The notes under the pieces were generated by a model. The model was not told the origin of the DNA and did no database searches. It saw nothing but the letters and a program-made list of their open reading frames with translations. A stretch of 64,000 bases of DNA, taken from contig FN649726.1 of the NCBI GenBank assembly GCA_000310025.1, positions 2,979,634 through 3,043,633 on the forward strand, in the 5' to 3' direction. This document shows positions 61,503-64,000 of the stretch, piece by piece; position 1 is the first letter of the stretch; every line of letters starts with the position of its first letter. The position numbers and the translations under genes are program-made. Origin of the DNA: Ectocarpus siliculosus. Taxonomy: Eukaryota.

Positions 61503-64000
61503 ATGCTAGCAAATGTACCATCTGAAGCCTTGCTCCACGGTCCCGGCTGTTCATGCTTTCTCAGACCCGTCTCGGTACCTGACCGGGTTTCAAATTCTGA
61601 AGAACCCAAGTGCGTGTGGAAGGTGATGCCCTCCCACCAGGACACTATTCCAGTTGATGTTCCGGTGGCGGAGCGATCAGGTCGTGCCGGATCTGTACAT
61701 GAGTTGGACGTTCCCGAAGTTTTGAATTTGGGCGATGGATGCCGCAGCAGGGCGACTGCGCAAGGCGTTGGCGAGAAGAATAGAGATGATGAAACGGAGG
61801 TTGTCGCGTTGCGCGAGTTGGTACAACGCCAGCAGGAGGACCTGGAAACAGCAGCATTGATCGGACAAAGGCTTCTAGACAGAGTCGAAGAACTCTCGGC
61901 TAGTCTCGAGGCGAGTGAACCAAGCGCACACCAGTTGGTTGCCTTGGTTGTGTTTACACTCGGCTTCGCTCTACGCATCACGACTCAAGAGTAGCAACGG
62001 TGTCGTGGGACCAATGACACTTTCATTGGTGTAGCTCTGCAAATCTGCGATCCCACTGGCGTCCCCAACGCGCATCCTAAGTAGTCCCCCGGAACGGTTC
62101 AAATTCGCGTGCATGGTGGGACGTAGTTATAGAGATGGAACTGGTGGCGTATCTCGCCGTACGTTCGCCGAAAACAACGCAACCCCCGTTTTGGTACCCC
62201 GCTCTGGTGCCGATTCAAACCGCATAATTTCTTTTTCCACCTTTGGTTCCTCAAAGTCACTGTCACCCTGGATTTTCTTGGCGAATGCGTTTCGCGGGCT
62301 CATGCAGGCGGTGCGAGAGGAAAAGTGGCTGGCGGAGTGCGAAAAGGACGCGCTCCAGAGAGATCTGGACAGCGCCACCCAACGCTGTGAGCAGATGCAA
62401 CAAGATACAACGACCGAGGCCCTCCCACGTACGTCTAGATCGTCAGTGGAAATGAGGTTCACAAGCAGAGTATATTTAGACGCGACGGTAGTTCCCTTGC
62501 GTGGGATCCGTTTTGTTTACTCTGCGTGGTGTTCGAGATGTGCCTCGTTTACAAAGAAACGCATGAATGTCCTCTTGAGACGTACATCCTTGCTGTGCAC
62601 TCCTCCAACCCTACCCCTCCCCCCCCTCCCCCCTGGTACGTCATCGACTACGGGACATCCATTCTTGTCGGCAGCTGAAGAACCTCAGGTTGAAGAGCTT
62701 GACCTGTGGTCCCCAGCAGCCCACGCCAGGACCGGCGCCCGCTCCTCGCTCTCCGACGATCGGCCGCTCTCTCCGGTCCTCGAGAACTCCTCTGACGCCG
62801 CCGAGGATGTCGCAAGGCACGAGCAAGACCGGGAAGAGATCGGGCGCCTGCGCCGGGTGGTCAAGGGCCTGGAGGAAGCCAACACCTCCCTGAGAGAAGA
62901 GCTCATGGAGTCCCGTCTCGAGGCCACAGCTCTCAGACGCACCTCGTTGATACAGAAAGAAGCGGCACTGGACCGGGTAATGAAAGAAGCCATCGGGGAT
63001 GATGGAGAAGAGCACCGGCAGGCACGCGCTGGTTGGGGCGCTCCGGACGATAGGCAGGAGGAAGATGAAGCAGAGGGAGATCGGCAGCCAAGGTCGTTTT
63101 TCTCCAGCAGTAGCTCCGGCGTCCAGGAGGGGGGGGCACCATTCGACGAGACAGAAGCATGCCACGCAGGAGAAGAAGACGGCCCGCGGCCGGAGGAGGC
63201 AGGTGATGGAGGGCCACCAGGTTGCCGAGCGAGGCGCGAGTCGGGTGGTGGTGGTGGTGAAGGGACTCACAGGAGAAAACAGTCTATCGAATCGACAGCG
63301 TCGTCGAGGTCGTTTCGGTGCCGGTTGTCGTCAATGTTCAGAGACGCCGAAGAGCAAGCCGAGCTGATCGAAGCCCTCCGCGCGCAGATCGCCCAGCTCC
63401 GGCTCGAGGCTAAGGCTACGACGCGGGCGGCGGGGACAGAATTCCGGTGGAGAGAAAAAGCTGCGGCGTCGCACGAGCGCGACGGTGGTGCCGGGCAGCG
63501 CCGCGGCGTGTGTTCGTCGGACGACGACAGCGGGAGTGATCGAGGCAGAGATACATTTCGAGATGAAGACGCTGTCGGCGAAGAAGGTGGGAACGGTCGT
63601 GAGAAAATCGGCAGCAGGGATGAGGATGGACATCGAGCCGATGAACACAGGTCCAACCCGCTTCTCCAAGCGCGGGTAGACGAGCTGCAGGCAGAGCTCG
63701 AGACGACAAAGCGCGCGCTTGAGGCGCTCCAGCGGCGAACGCAGCAGGAGCAGGCCGTGAGCGTCGAGCTGCAGAGAGAGCTTCTACGCCTCCACGGCAC
63801 GAGGTACAACAGCGGCGCGGTGGCGGCAGCAGTCGCGCGAGTTTCAGCCGGGACTCTGCGACCAGCCTCCTACGCCGCGGGTCGTGCTTCCGAGGTTGGA
63901 AGCGATGGCAGTAGCAGCAACCGTCGGGGTGGTGACAACAACGGCGGTCGTGGCACGGGGTTGGAGCGTCGCATCGATTGCACCATGTTTGAAGGGATGG
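61503..64000 (+). CDS. Long coiled-coil protein with CC1-box-like motif (EDLETAALIGQRLL); 3' truncated by window end
   Basis: Exons ~61503-61910 (GC donor GAG|GCGAGT), 62308-62428, 62675->64000 join in phase. Heptad-rich segments include EIGRLRRVVKGLEEANTSLREEL and LLQARVDELQAELETTKRALEALQRR. The start codon is tentative. Confidence 0.65.

Overview
Eukaryotic, intron-rich, GC-rich draft genomic sequence with N gaps. It is most consistent with a brown alga such as Ectocarpus (inference from an EsV-1-7-repeat gene, a heterokont-type bipartite plastid signal, long introns and TTAGGG-like repeats). I reconstructed nine multi-exon genes by hand, and they alternate strand perfectly (+,-,+,-,+,-,+,-,+): Rab geranylgeranyltransferase beta (5' truncated; three consecutive GC-AG introns), a putative TPP1/Est3(ACD)-like OB-fold telomere protein with a long S/T-Q-rich disordered tail, a CEP78-like LRR protein whose 3' part has an in-frame TAA and an apparent frameshift, AP-1 sigma subunit, plastid KAS II/FabF (two exons lost in gaps), an apparent fusion of a BED zinc finger to a Glu-type (PTPS-III) 6-pyruvoyl-tetrahydropterin synthase, an EsV-1-7 Cys-rich repeat protein, a tandem double TB2/DP1/HVA22 (REEP-like) protein, and a 3'-truncated coiled-coil protein with a CC1-box-like motif. 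Non-coding features include a 217-bp TA-flanked MITE inserted in a telomere-like minisatellite, a dispersed (GT)n-linked repeat family, several minisatellites, an SSH-adaptor/pGEM-T contaminant and false duplications flanking gaps. The most interesting candidates are the BED-finger/PTPS-III fusion and the TPP1/Est3-like gene. All homology calls come from motif recognition, not database searches.
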